From: a virus
Lineage: Duplodnaviria; Caudoviricetes
IMG/VR virus record: IMGVR_UViG_3300007276_000054
Span: 1 to 58,403 of that record
Length of the DNA stretch: 58,403 nucleotides
Strand: one strand, 5' to 3'
The notes under the pieces are model-generated. The model saw only the letters and a program-made list of their open reading frames with translations, was not told the DNA's origin and did not search any database. Positions 26,341 through 36,378 of the stretch are shown here, one piece after another (position 1 is the first letter of the stretch; each line of letters begins with the position of its first letter). Made by a program: the position numbers and the translations under genes.

Positions 26341-27434
26341 TAGGCAATCTCCAAGAAATCGAAAGAAGGATTGAAATGCACAAGAGTGCAAGGGGTGCCA
26401 CCCGAGGTTATCGACCTTATTGCATACCCCATGTGTCGGACTATGTCACCGGTAGTAGTAGGGATATTGTAAGTGAAATGTCCAGCATCGGTGTCAGACA
26501 AATACAAAATAGCTCCCGTAGCAAAAGTGCCGACAATCTCCGTGTTGGGGACAAGGACCGCACCTTGTAAAAAAAGAGTTACGGATTGCTGAGACGACAA
26601 AGTTTCATTAACATACAAACCCAGCATACCTGTAGCGGTAGTAGATGAGTTTGCTTGAGCAGGAACAAGTGTTCCGTTACTGGCGTATCTATGAATCTGA
26701 CCCTTGGTTAGAGAGCTTGCGGTAATCCTCATGGAGATATTGGTCCCCGTATTAGAGTAAGCCGAGCTTGCCGTTGAACTAGCGTTTAGTAAAGCATCAC
26801 CGTAAGCGTTATCCGTGTCCCAGACCGTACCGGTAGGCTTAGTTCCGTTAGACTTTGAGTTTATAACCCCAAAGTTCTGAAGCCTATAAGTACTATTGTT
26901 GTTTTGTTGGCTGACCGTGTAGGCTTGAAACGTAAGATATTGTTCAGCATCAATATTTGTATTGCTGTCCCCACCGGTAAGAACCCTGTGCTCAGCCCAG
27001 TCGTCTATTACCGTTCCGCCAGAACCACCATCAGCAAAGGAAAGGACTCCAGAGCCGTTTGTTTTTAGGAACTGCCCGGAGGTGCCGTCTGCCGCAGGTA
27101 GAGTCAGTGCTAAGTTTGCTGACATTGTTGCGGGCGCCTGAAGGCCTACGTAATGGTCTCCAGCGTCGTTGCTAGACTCGTAAAATTTTAGTTGAAGAAC
27201 AGTTGACCCTACTGGGTGTCGTAAATTAACAGCCCCGGCCTCTATCTCAACGAGGTCACTTGCTGCATTAACTGGAGAACTCGTGAGCTTGAGTAAATTA
27301 GAACCGTTGTCTGACACAAAAGTCAGAGCAGAGCTTTGGTCTAGCGTAAATGTCCTGCTAGCGTCCGCAGTGAGGTTTGCAGTAGCAAGATTGGTGTTGT
27401 CACCATCCGTAAGTATTTTTTTCCAAGTAGCCAT
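26340..27434 (-). CDS. Tail fibre protein
   Basis: YVGLQAP...LTLPAADGTSGQFLKTNGSGVLSF fibre motif; C-terminal G..LYLS...G...P..TGDIVR.MGY...HFNPS.D domain. Confidence 0.75.
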   Translation of the reverse strand: MATWKKILTDGDNTNLATANLTADASRTFTLDQSSALTFVSDNGSNLLKLTSSPVNAASDLVEIEAGAVNLRHPVGSTVLQLKFYESSNDAGDHYVGLQAPATMSANLALTLPAADGTSGQFLKTNGSGVLSFADGGSGGTVIDDWAEHRVLTGGDSNTNIDAEQYLTFQAYTVSQQNNNSTYRLQNFGVINSKSNGTKPTGTVWDTDNAYGDALLNASSTASSAYSNTGTNISMRITASSLTKGQIHRYASNGTLVPAQANSSTTATGMLGLYVNETLSSQQSVTLFLQGAVLVPNTEIVGTFATGAILYLSDTDAGHFTYNIPTTTGDIVRHMGYAIRSITSGGTPCTLVHFNPSFDFLEIA

Positions 27435-27443
27435 GGCGCCGCA

Positions 27444-27626
27444 TTACTTTGCAGCTTCCATCACGCCCTTGGATGGCTGCTCTTTTTCTTGAATCTTTTG
27501 CAAACGGACAAATTCTTTATCCAGTTTTTCTATAACCCTTGTCACAAAGGGAGCGTCTGAAGCCTTAACGGACACCTGTTCAATCGCCTGCTTCACAAAG
27601 TACACTTCTTGAATTTCAAATTTCAT
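27444..27626 (-). CDS. Small helical protein, possible fibre chaperone
   Basis: 60 aa, between fibre genes; similar to the adjacent 57-aa ORF. Confidence 0.6.
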   Translation of the reverse strand: MKFEIQEVYFVKQAIEQVSVKASDAPFVTRVIEKLDKEFVRLQKIQEKEQPSKGVMEAAK

Positions 27627-27644
27627 TTTAATTGATTTTGGTTT

Positions 27645-27818
27645 TTACTTGGCCTTTAATTGATTTTGTAGCTTGTTTACTACATCTGCCAGTAAAAGTA
27701 CGTCCTTTCCTTCGAAGCTGCAATCATGCAGCATCTTTAATAGGAAAGTGAGCTCTTGCTGGGTCAGGGTGTCGGTGCTTATTGCGCCAGCATCCCTGCT
27801 CTTCGAAAGCATACCCAT
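27645..27818 (-). CDS. Small helical protein (57 aa, absent from ORF track), possible fibre chaperone
   Basis: MGMLSKSRDAGAISTDTLTQQELTFLLKMLHDCSFEGKDVLLLADVVNKLQNQLKAK; TAATG-coupled to the upstream fibre stop. Confidence 0.65.
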   Translation of the reverse strand: MGMLSKSRDAGAISTDTLTQQELTFLLKMLHDCSFEGKDVLLLADVVNKLQNQLKAK

Positions 27819-29098
27819 TAGTCAACTCTAATGAAGAGGTCTTTTGCGTCAGTCTCAAAGTAGAAAGAGCCAATACCTGCACCCTTAGTCTCTGTACCGT
27901 CTGTTGCACTAACAGGCGTGGGAGTGCCAAAGTCCATAATTGCGATAGGGTGCTTGTTCGTTGCGGTCTCTGCAACAGAGCTGGCATCAAGAAGCGACCA
28001 ACCAGTGAGCTGTACGTTGTCCCACAAGATGGACGCATAATCAGCTTCAGAGGAACTAGTGTCAGAGACAATATGGATACCACCTCCAGTAGCACCAGCG
28101 ACAGCAAGTGCGTCACTGCCGTAGGCAGTAGTTGGGTCACCGAGGCGGATGTTCTTGTCTTCAACAACAAGGGTTGCGGCATCGAGGGTTGTGGTAGTAC
28201 CGTTGACGGTCAAGTTACCGCGAACAACAACTGTCGTATCATCACCAGAGTCACCAATGTTCAATGTTTGGGAGCCACTGATTTGCCCCATCCGAGTGAT
28301 GAGGTTGGCTACACTAACATCAACGTCCGTACCCGCATCTGTCATGTCATCAACCACAAGGTCAATGGTACCGTCGGTATCATCGTATGTGACTGCAATG
28401 CGCGTCTCTGTATTGGACGAAAACATCGCCCCTACGATGTCTTGAACTGCCTCTGCCGTTAGCTGAGTATCAGCAGACATATCATCGACAACAAGGTCGA
28501 TTGTCCCGTCACCGTCTTGATAGGTGGCAGCGATGCGTGTCTCAGTGTTAGACGAGAACATAGCACCAACAATATCTTGGACCTCTTCCGTGGTAAGCGG
28601 CTGAGTGTCAGCGCTCATGTCATCTACCACCAAGTCGATAGTACCGTCGGTGTCATCGTATGTAGCAGCGATGCGTGTCTCTGTATTGCTACTAAACATG
28701 GCACCAACGATATCCTGAACCGCCTCAGCTGTGAGCTGAGTATCAGTATCAGCAGTCATGTCGTCTACAACAAGGTCGATAGTTCCATCACCGTCTTGAT
28801 AGGTGGCTGAAATTCTGGTCTCAGTGTTAGAGCTGAACATAGCACCAACAATGTCCTGCACCTGCTCGGTTGTCAGGGGTCCGTCTGTAGCTGCCGAGAA
28901 CGCACCAGTATTAAAGTCAGCTGTGATGGTTTTCAGCTCACCACTATCAAGAACAATCAGCTCAACCGAAGGGTGGTTACTACCCGTTAGTGAGCTAGTG
29001 ATGTCAGAGAGGCCGGATGCACTTACAGTACCGTCTGTGGTAATGTTAGTAACCGAAATGTTTTGGTCCTCAAGCAGGACTTTTTTCCATGTTGCCAT
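27818..29098 (-). CDS. Tail fibre protein with four internal repeats
   Basis: GNLTVNGTTTT...VEDKNI.L fibre motif; four ~45-aa repeats. Confidence 0.75.
   Translation of the reverse strand: MATWKKVLLEDQNISVTNITTDGTVSASGLSDITSSLTGSNHPSVELIVLDSGELKTITADFNTGAFSAATDGPLTTEQVQDIVGAMFSSNTETRISATYQDGDGTIDLVVDDMTADTDTQLTAEAVQDIVGAMFSSNTETRIAATYDDTDGTIDLVVDDMSADTQPLTTEEVQDIVGAMFSSNTETRIAATYQDGDGTIDLVVDDMSADTQLTAEAVQDIVGAMFSSNTETRIAVTYDDTDGTIDLVVDDMTDAGTDVDVSVANLITRMGQISGSQTLNIGDSGDDTTVVVRGNLTVNGTTTTLDAATLVVEDKNIRLGDPTTAYGSDALAVAGATGGGIHIVSDTSSSEADYASILWDNVQLTGWSLLDASSVAETATNKHPIAIMDFGTPTPVSATDGTETKGAGIGSFYFETDAKDLFIRVD
28343..28876 (-). repeat. 4 x ~45-aa coding repeat LT.E.VQDIVGAMFSSNTETRI..TY.D.DGTIDLVVDDM
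   Basis: Directly visible in the translation; alternating A-B-A-B variants. Confidence 0.9.
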
Positions 29099-29139
29099 TA
29101 CAGGAAGTGTTTAATTTTATGATTCAAAGATAAGGAGTT

Positions 29140-29628
29140 TTAAGTTACTCCGAAGTATAGATTGTCGTTGGTGTCTGCGTACATACCGCCCTCAAAAGCA
29201 TCAGGCGCTGACGAAGGGTCAAACTGCTTGAACTCCACCACACCGTCTAGCTTTACCCTGCCCGTCCCGTTGGGGGTGAACTGAATGTGACCGTTGCTTT
29301 TGGTGGTCGTAATTTTAAACTCTGTGGTTCCATCGTACAGGTCGAGGTCTCCTCCAAGCTGTGGGCTGGTGTCTTCAACAACATTCTGTAGACCACTACC
29401 ACTACCTATTTCCGTCCAGTTATTAGCATCCGTCCAAGTGCCGCTACCATAAATAAATGGCGTAGTCCCTACGATTGCCAAGAACCCGCTCACCCTAAGA
29501 TTTGCATTTAGTGAGTCTCTCTCGCCTGTGTTCGCAAAAAAGCCAAAGCCTTTTACCTGATTGCCGGTGGCGTCAAGTATAGGGGCGTTGGGATTGTTGT
29601 GCGATACTGGTCCGGGAAAAATTGGCAT
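29140..29628 (-). CDS. Fibre-associated structural protein
   Basis: VVEDTSPQLGGDLD and I.FTPNGTG.V motifs, common in phage fibres. Confidence 0.65.
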   Translation of the reverse strand: MPIFPGPVSHNNPNAPILDATGNQVKGFGFFANTGERDSLNANLRVSGFLAIVGTTPFIYGSGTWTDANNWTEIGSGSGLQNVVEDTSPQLGGDLDLYDGTTEFKITTTKSNGHIQFTPNGTGRVKLDGVVEFKQFDPSSAPDAFEGGMYADTNDNLYFGVT

Positions 29629-30899
29629 CAGAAATCAATAGTTAGAATCTGACCGATTGCAAAAGCTTTGTCGAAGTCGCTTCTGTAAAACCGATAAGAT
29701 GTGGTTATACCATAGGGGTTAGTTAAATTGTAATCTACTGGAGACTGGAAGTCGGAAAGAACGTCCACACCAGCCAAGTCCACTTTATTGAGGTTGCCAA
29801 ATGAGGCCGGGTATGCAATCCAAGTATAGTTGAGTGCTGTGTCCATTGAGGAGTTAGCAGTAACATTGAAGTCTGACTCGGAGCGCAAGGCATTGAAGGC
29901 AGTCGTAAGTCCAGAATCAAAAAGTGCTTGAGCGTTAGCGTCTGAGCTGATAGAGCTTGTAGTCGAGCCACCAACCTTGAGTCTGGGCCTAAACGAAATA
30001 GTAATGCTTCCGCTGTTTATGGTTTGGTCTCCGAGCCCAGAGCCACCATCGTCGATGGCAGTTGCTTTGTATGATACACTGGTATTGTTTCCTGTATCCT
30101 GCTCCTCTACAGACGACAAAGTCTTTGTTCCGTTTGCGTCTGAAAACCCCTGCTCAAGAACACTGCCTCCTCTTAGAAACTTCACGGAGTCGTCTATTGT
30201 TTGAGTGTTGTCTCCGATGGAAATAGCAAATGCAGAAACCCTAACGCCCTGACCCATCTCTAGTGTTTCATTTGAGCTAAGTGTGCTGAATGACCCATAC
30301 CCACCACCAGTCTGCTGAAGTGCTCTCGTGATAGACGACATGGAAATACTAGTTCGGTTGTACTGCTCCAACATGTTCCTAAGAACAGCCTCAATAGACG
30401 TACCCGAAGTTATAGGGTTAGTCATATGAGCGAAAGCGTTGTCGTTGTTCGAGATTGTAATCGCGGACACGATAGTAGAACCTACGTCACTCCACTGAGT
30501 ATTGTAGTTTGTTCCGTCAATTTTTGTAAGTGCCTGACCTGCTGTTCCACCAACAGGAACACCTTGACCGTCAGTACCGTCAGTACCGTCAGTACCGTCA
30601 GCACCGTCAGTACCGTTACTCCCCGCTGGTCCCGCCGGCCCCGCTGGTCCTGCTGGCCCCGCTGGTCCTTGTGGTCCGTCAGCACCTGTTGGTCCTTGAT
30701 TGCCATCCTCTCCCCGGACTCCAGTAGCACCTGTTGGTCCAGCACCAATCGCGCCAGCAACCGTAATAGAGTTATTGGCTACCTGATTAAAGACAACGGT
30801 CTTTATCTCAGAGCCACTCTTAACAATGGATACATTAATAATGTCTCCGTGCTCGCTAGATACTTTTACGCTTTTAGGTTGAGTTACGCTTACAGGCAT
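29628..30899 (-). CDS. Collagen-like fibre protein
   Basis: Gly-X-Y run (GPAGPAGPA, GTDGTDGTD) followed by VPVGGTAGQAL.K.DGTNYNTQW. Confidence 0.75.
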   Translation of the reverse strand: MPVSVTQPKSVKVSSEHGDIINVSIVKSGSEIKTVVFNQVANNSITVAGAIGAGPTGATGVRGEDGNQGPTGADGPQGPAGPAGPAGPAGPAGSNGTDGADGTDGTDGTDGQGVPVGGTAGQALTKIDGTNYNTQWSDVGSTIVSAITISNNDNAFAHMTNPITSGTSIEAVLRNMLEQYNRTSISMSSITRALQQTGGGYGSFSTLSSNETLEMGQGVRVSAFAISIGDNTQTIDDSVKFLRGGSVLEQGFSDANGTKTLSSVEEQDTGNNTSVSYKATAIDDGGSGLGDQTINSGSITISFRPRLKVGGSTTSSISSDANAQALFDSGLTTAFNALRSESDFNVTANSSMDTALNYTWIAYPASFGNLNKVDLAGVDVLSDFQSPVDYNLTNPYGITTSYRFYRSDFDKAFAIGQILTIDF

Positions 30900-30908
30900 T
30901 GAGCTTCA

Positions 30909-31301
30909 TTATGAGGTTATTGAAATATCTTCATTCACCTTCAGCGTGCCATAAATCAATGTGCTTACAGTATCTCCTGATTTTTGCTCAACGTCATATA
31001 CATACAGTCCAGCAGGCATTGTCTTCATTACACTCGCCGCTACATTAAGGTCAATGTATTTTGCAGTGACGTCCGTGCCGGACGCTGTCACGTCGTCCGT
31101 AAAGTTGGCACTGCCGTTGCTCACCAGAGAACCTACATCAGAGTCTCTCACCTCAAAAAGAAACACATCACCCGACGCGAAAGCAGCAGCATCACCCGCC
31201 GCGTTAGTAATAGTCAAGCGAAGAGAGAACGTGTCTCCTTTTCTACAAGTAACATCCACTCTGGATGAGGTATCTAGATTGATTTTTGTTGCGTTACTCA
31301 T
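30909..31301 (-). CDS. Ig-like / BppU-N-like fibre adaptor
   Basis: DVTCRKGDTF.L...G.YVYDVE....TLIYG.L.V..DI pattern. Confidence 0.6.
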   Translation of the reverse strand: MSNATKINLDTSSRVDVTCRKGDTFSLRLTITNAAGDAAAFASGDVFLFEVRDSDVGSLVSNGSANFTDDVTASGTDVTAKYIDLNVAASVMKTMPAGLYVYDVEQKSGDTVSTLIYGTLKVNEDISITS

Positions 31302-33744
31302 CTCCTAGGATTTGATTCATGATGTCATTGTTTGCTTCTGGGTCACCCTCAATTTCCCCTCTCCTTCCCTGTCTCTGAGAGATGAGCTTGCTTTGCTCAA
31401 CAGCCTGCTTCTGAACCCTAGAATCCTTACGGTCCTCCTTGAGTACTTCAATCTTTTGCCTGAACTCTTTATCGTCGGCCTTGAACCCGAGACTTGACTG
31501 AGCTCTAATCATCTCAATCTCTTTACGCATCTCATGCATTGCGGCAGCAACCTGAACATCAACCTGACCTTTTAATTGCATCTTCTGTGAATCGGCCTGA
31601 GCTTCCATTTGGATTCTCTGCATTTCCATTTGAGCCTTCTGCTGTGCCGCTTGTGCGTTCATCTGAGATTGCATCTGCATATTCTGTTGTTGTTGTTGTT
31701 GCAACTTAGCCAAACGCTTAGAGCGTCTAACAATCAACAGCCTTTGAGCTTGGTCAATGTCTTTTACTTGACGAACCGCCATCGCATCCTCTAGGTCAAT
31801 CTCTTTCTGCGCGAGGCTTGCCTGTACGTTCTGCTCTAGAAAGATTCGGTCATCGTCTGACATCTCTTGAACTACGCGAATTCCAAAGTTGTACATAGGC
31901 AGCTCGTTAAAGCTGTTGAGGATGTCCATACTTTTTTCTCCAATAGCCTTGGCGTAGACCCGGTAGAGAATAGATTCTTTTGGAATAACCTGTAAACACT
32001 TAACAACGTCTTGACAGACTCTCTTGTAGAGTACCATGCTCGCGTTTGTTATGTCGTACAAAGCGTTGTTACCAGCAGCAATAGCTTGTTGCCGCACGCC
32101 AACGAGTGCTTCCCCTTTCGGAGTACTTGCATCCATAACTTCATTGATGCCCGTAGCATCCCTAATCATACGGAGGTAGTGGTTGTATAGGCCGATGTAC
32201 TCGTTGATGTTTCGAATGCTGTTCTCAATAGACCGGATGGGTGGGTTTTGGAATCCCCCTTCTGGGTTCTTGCTTCTGTAGTAGAACACACCAGTCTGTT
32301 CATAGATGTCTTGAATCTGCAAGGGGGACAACTCACCACCTCTTCCTAGCTGCACGTTTTCAAGACCTTCAATATCCACTAGTACGCCGTCGGGCTTTGC
32401 CTTGGCTACCGCTTGCTGAATTTTCAAGTGAGTCAACTGTAGCTGGTCAGCAAATCCTAAGATGCCGCCCACCATAGACTTAGGCATCATTCGACGTAAA
32501 TTAGTAGTAGAAACACTATAAGAGAGCCGGGCCTTGGTAATGTCATGAACGTTTTTAGGTACGTTCTTTTTCATACCGTAGTTGTAAATCAAGTCAGTGC
32601 CCATCACGTGGCAGCCACCATATACGGTTTGATACTCCATCTTGTGAGCCTCCCTGTCGTACACAGAATTAGATGGCATCTTGTACTCAGAGCCCTTGAA
32701 GTAGAATCCAGTGTTTCCGTGTTGAGTGTCTTTACTCTCGTAGTACACGCAGTCCACAGAAACAAACTCAAAATCCATGATGTCTATCAAGTAGTCGTCA
32801 TACCCAAAAGTATACTTCTGTCTGGTTTGGTCGTAGGTTTTATAGTCAAAGGCACTGCCGTTATTGTAGCTTTTATTCTTTACTGAACTAGCAAGCTTCT
32901 CGTACTCTGACTCAGGGATGTCGCTGCCGGCCTGACGCTTAAGTTCTTGAATGCTGATTCTCTGAACGTGAGCACCGTACACGATATCAGACATGTTAGG
33001 GTCTTCCGTGTAGCTATGAAGGAACGTAGCCGGGTCAATGTACTTAGTACTAATTCCGTAGTTGGGGTCGTTGTCTCTTTTGGCTACTGCCATACCACAT
33101 ACTACCAAGTCTTCTACACACCGTCTATAAACCTTCTGGTCAAAGTCGTTCCAATCCAGAGTAAGTGCAGTGCCTAGTTGAGCTGCAATCTCTGCGTTGG
33201 TCTTCATGTTTTGCTCCATAAAGATTTCCGCCTCTTCTGTAGTATCGGGAAGTTCGTCAGGGTCAATCTTAGGTTGAAGACCTAACTGCTTTGCTTGTTG
33301 AAGCAGCTCCTTGTCTTTAATCGATGACTCAATTGTAGCACGAGCCATGTCCTTTTCGTTCTTACTTATCGGGTCAAGAGCCTCGACCGAAGGATAAGGT
33401 TTACGAGAAAGGATGCGGTTCACCACGACCTTTACGAATTTCGGGACAATAGGCACAGGGCTCCAGTCCAGATTTAGTAGTGTCCCGTCCCCGTTATTAG
33501 GGTCGAGAGAGTTTAGGATTTGCTTGTAGATAGACGTGTCCTGAGTTCCGTTGGCGTAATCTCGGCTCTTGTCAAAATCATACATACGGCGACGAAACAA
33601 TGATGTTTGGTCGGCACCGTATCCCCACTGTGAGTTAATCGCTTTAGCAAAGAGAAGTCCATATTTCTTGGACACCTTTACCTCAGGAGAAACAAACGGG
33701 TCAGGGAAGCTTCCATACTTGTTATTTTTGTTCCCGTCGGTCAT
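31294..33744 (-). CDS. Portal protein
   Basis: Start revised to MTDGNK. LNLDWSPVPIVPKFV, FADQLQLTHLKIQQ, IRDATGINE..D motifs; lies next to TerL. Confidence 0.85.
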   Translation of the reverse strand: MTDGNKNNKYGSFPDPFVSPEVKVSKKYGLLFAKAINSQWGYGADQTSLFRRRMYDFDKSRDYANGTQDTSIYKQILNSLDPNNGDGTLLNLDWSPVPIVPKFVKVVVNRILSRKPYPSVEALDPISKNEKDMARATIESSIKDKELLQQAKQLGLQPKIDPDELPDTTEEAEIFMEQNMKTNAEIAAQLGTALTLDWNDFDQKVYRRCVEDLVVCGMAVAKRDNDPNYGISTKYIDPATFLHSYTEDPNMSDIVYGAHVQRISIQELKRQAGSDIPESEYEKLASSVKNKSYNNGSAFDYKTYDQTRQKYTFGYDDYLIDIMDFEFVSVDCVYYESKDTQHGNTGFYFKGSEYKMPSNSVYDREAHKMEYQTVYGGCHVMGTDLIYNYGMKKNVPKNVHDITKARLSYSVSTTNLRRMMPKSMVGGILGFADQLQLTHLKIQQAVAKAKPDGVLVDIEGLENVQLGRGGELSPLQIQDIYEQTGVFYYRSKNPEGGFQNPPIRSIENSIRNINEYIGLYNHYLRMIRDATGINEVMDASTPKGEALVGVRQQAIAAGNNALYDITNASMVLYKRVCQDVVKCLQVIPKESILYRVYAKAIGEKSMDILNSFNELPMYNFGIRVVQEMSDDDRIFLEQNVQASLAQKEIDLEDAMAVRQVKDIDQAQRLLIVRRSKRLAKLQQQQQQNMQMQSQMNAQAAQQKAQMEMQRIQMEAQADSQKMQLKGQVDVQVAAAMHEMRKEIEMIRAQSSLGFKADDKEFRQKIEVLKEDRKDSRVQKQAVEQSKLISQRQGRRGEIEGDPEANNDIMNQILGDE

Positions 33745-33794
33745 AGAATAAAGTTTGGGCTCATTTGCAAATATAACAATAGTCCCCAAGGCTT

Positions 33795-35900
33795 TTACAC
33801 CTTGTATCTCCTGAAGAAGACCGCGTCGTCAAAAGTCTTTTTCTTTTGTTTAGGCTTTACTTTTTGAGCGGCGAGCAGTGCTAAACCAGAACTAATCGAC
33901 AAGTCATACTTTGTTCTGTTGTCAATCTTGAACCCTATCCAGTCTTCCAACGTCCTGTTGAAGTACATAGAGCCGGGGTTTCCATCCTCGTTTAATCCTA
34001 CATGATTGTGAATGTAGTCTTCTATTGCAGATGCGTGAGCTTGAATAACGTCTTGTGAGTTTGAGGGGATACCCTTTGTCTTTGACATAGACGAACCCGC
34101 CTTCAAGTGCTCTGGCCTATCCATGACATAGCCGTCGTAACCCCTTGATTCAAAGTACCTTACGATTCCGTACTTGTTGTTCTCAATCAAAAGGGGGTAA
34201 CCATAGAACACGGCAGCCATTAGAACATCCTCGTAGAAGATGCTCGCCATCGGTGGTCTGCTTGCATACTCTGCAACAAACATATTAGACGCACCGTTCA
34301 AGTTGAACTTGTTGTATATATGGCAAGCACCTTTGGATGACCTACCATCAACAGTAGCGTCTAAGTCATAAGAGTCAACACCCCCGCAACCCATAGACGG
34401 ATTTGAAGGTACACGTCTGCCACGCTCCTCACCTATGACACTTCTATTTCTGTCTTCAGGCATCCAGCTTATGTACCATCTTCCTTTCGGGTCTGGATTA
34501 AAAAACACCTTGGTGTCTTTGATTCCTTTACTCCATTGGAAATTTCCTCTGACAACTGGGCTAGGATACATGTGGTCATTGTGTTCGACCTGCTCGTAAA
34601 TCTTTCCAATGTTAAACAGACTTCCTTCGATGCTGTCCCTGAAAGCTTCGTCCGGAGTAAAGGGGAACTGACGAATGATTTCATTCATCTCTCTGGCGTC
34701 GTGTTTAACGGAGTCTCTTTCGTTCTTTAGGAATGACCTAGCACCCAATGACATGTTGTCACCGTCAAGTGTCTCTACCGGGCTCTCAGGGTCTTCTATG
34801 ATTGGCTTGCCGTGCTTGTCAAAGAACCCCTCAAGAGATTCATACGCAGGAATGAATAAACGATATAGTCCAGATACTGTTCTACCGTTAGCGTTTCGTT
34901 TAGTAGGGTCAGAGTCTTTCCAAATCTGCTTGTACTCTTCCCCTCCTTTGTCCATTGGATTTACAGTAGAGCCTACCAGAGCCTTACCCACAATACGTCT
35001 ACCCACGATAAGGCAGGTTCTTTCTATTCTCCAAGCCTCACGAATGTCTGAAGGCTTCTCCCACTTGCCGGCCTCATCCATGTAAAGCATATGAAGCTTC
35101 TCCCCATCGTATGCATTGTTTGTTGTGCTCTTCCAGTTTAGAACGGTGTTCAATGCATCACCAGCGTAAGACGTTTTGTTGTTCTTAGTGATTCTTTTAG
35201 ACGGCTCGCGAAAAGCTAATTCCATTCGAGGGTTAGTGGTACCGTCTTGAATTGGTTTGAAGAAGAACGGGTAGTGCCTAAACATAGACACCACTTTTTT
35301 CATGAAGATGTTTTCTTGTGCGTCCTTACCCGTCTTGGATTGGATGCCGAGAAGTTTGTCTTTTACCTGCGTAGCTTCGTCAAGCAGAACAGAAGCGCAG
35401 ATATTAGTGTAACCAGAGCGACGACACTTAGTGTAAAGCTGCCCAATACAACGTGAGTCAGCTTCGCACGCAGCCATGTGAAGAAAGATATCCCTTTGAA
35501 ATGCGAGATATGACGGGTACCCAATATCAATCTTAGTCCACTGGAGTAGCATGTAGTGCCTTCCGGTAACATACGTAGGCTTACCCGCGTTGTAAAACCA
35601 ATGACCGTCACGACGCCTTCGAAACTCCTCCTCGATATATGGACGAAATCTCTCTCGAAACTCCTTTGGCGATTCGGCCCACTCGTCCATGCTTCGAATA
35701 CGGGACAGCTCTTGTGGCAGAGGTACCCTGCTCCACACCTGCAAATCTGACGCCAGCCCTTCTCCTTGGATTCCTTCTTTTGGTTTTTCGGGTAGGCCAA
35801 TGAGAAGCCCCCCAAGTTCGATGACGTCCCCAAGCGTACCGTTGGGACAAACCTTGACAACCTCTTCATCATATCCATCTACAATTGCTAGGGCGTTCAT
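33795..35900 (-). CDS. terL: Terminase large subunit
   Basis: Walker A-like KCRRSGYT, Walker B LYMDEAGK, coupling motif GSTVN, nuclease GVDSYD...LIENNK...KYD.SISSGLA. Confidence 0.9.
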   Translation of the reverse strand: MNALAIVDGYDEEVVKVCPNGTLGDVIELGGLLIGLPEKPKEGIQGEGLASDLQVWSRVPLPQELSRIRSMDEWAESPKEFRERFRPYIEEEFRRRRDGHWFYNAGKPTYVTGRHYMLLQWTKIDIGYPSYLAFQRDIFLHMAACEADSRCIGQLYTKCRRSGYTNICASVLLDEATQVKDKLLGIQSKTGKDAQENIFMKKVVSMFRHYPFFFKPIQDGTTNPRMELAFREPSKRITKNNKTSYAGDALNTVLNWKSTTNNAYDGEKLHMLYMDEAGKWEKPSDIREAWRIERTCLIVGRRIVGKALVGSTVNPMDKGGEEYKQIWKDSDPTKRNANGRTVSGLYRLFIPAYESLEGFFDKHGKPIIEDPESPVETLDGDNMSLGARSFLKNERDSVKHDAREMNEIIRQFPFTPDEAFRDSIEGSLFNIGKIYEQVEHNDHMYPSPVVRGNFQWSKGIKDTKVFFNPDPKGRWYISWMPEDRNRSVIGEERGRRVPSNPSMGCGGVDSYDLDATVDGRSSKGACHIYNKFNLNGASNMFVAEYASRPPMASIFYEDVLMAAVFYGYPLLIENNKYGIVRYFESRGYDGYVMDRPEHLKAGSSMSKTKGIPSNSQDVIQAHASAIEDYIHNHVGLNEDGNPGSMYFNRTLEDWIGFKIDNRTKYDLSISSGLALLAAQKVKPKQKKKTFDDAVFFRRYKV

Positions 35901-36085
35901 TAGATAACTCCACCCCACCGGTCACTCCTAAAGCTGGGTACACCGGTCTTGGGTTCATTGTTGTTCATGTGTGAGCCACACTCATCACACTTGATGTCGT
36001 GCCTTGCTTCTCCGTCAATTATTTTAATTGATACGTTGTGCCCCTTCTTTATGCTTTCACATTTTGGGCAAATAAATTCAGCCAT
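35900..36085 (-). CDS. Zinc-ribbon protein
   Basis: CPKC...CDEC motif; translationally coupled on both sides. Confidence 0.7.
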   Translation of the reverse strand: MAEFICPKCESIKKGHNVSIKIIDGEARHDIKCDECGSHMNNNEPKTGVPSFRSDRWGGVI

Positions 36086-36378
36086 TACTTTGAGAATTTT
36101 TCAGCAAAACCTCCAGAGTAATCCTTAATCTCTTCAATAGAGCCGGTAACCTTTAGAGCTTTAGCCATTTGTTCTAGTCGTTGTCTTTCAACGAGCAGTT
36201 CTTTGCAGTCTATAGCGGTCTGCTTGATTGACTGTAGTTCAGCTTTTCTAGCGCTACCTCCAGCCTCGGGGTCAACCGGTCTCTTGACCTCGTCAATCAT
36301 GTTGTCTATAGCTATCTCCATAGACCTCATCAATCTCTCAGCCGCGTCTACGGTTGTAAATTTATTCTTTGACGACAT
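36085..36378 (-). CDS. Putative terminase small subunit
   Basis: Helical 97-aa protein ending GGFAEKFSK, just upstream of TerL. Confidence 0.5.
   Translation of the reverse strand: MSSKNKFTTVDAAERLMRSMEIAIDNMIDEVKRPVDPEAGGSARKAELQSIKQTAIDCKELLVERQRLEQMAKALKVTGSIEEIKDYSGGFAEKFSK

Noticed and set aside
24655-29098. Diversity-generating retroelement acting on fibre genes
   Set aside because: No reverse transcriptase and no template/variable repeat pair with adenine-specific differences seen.
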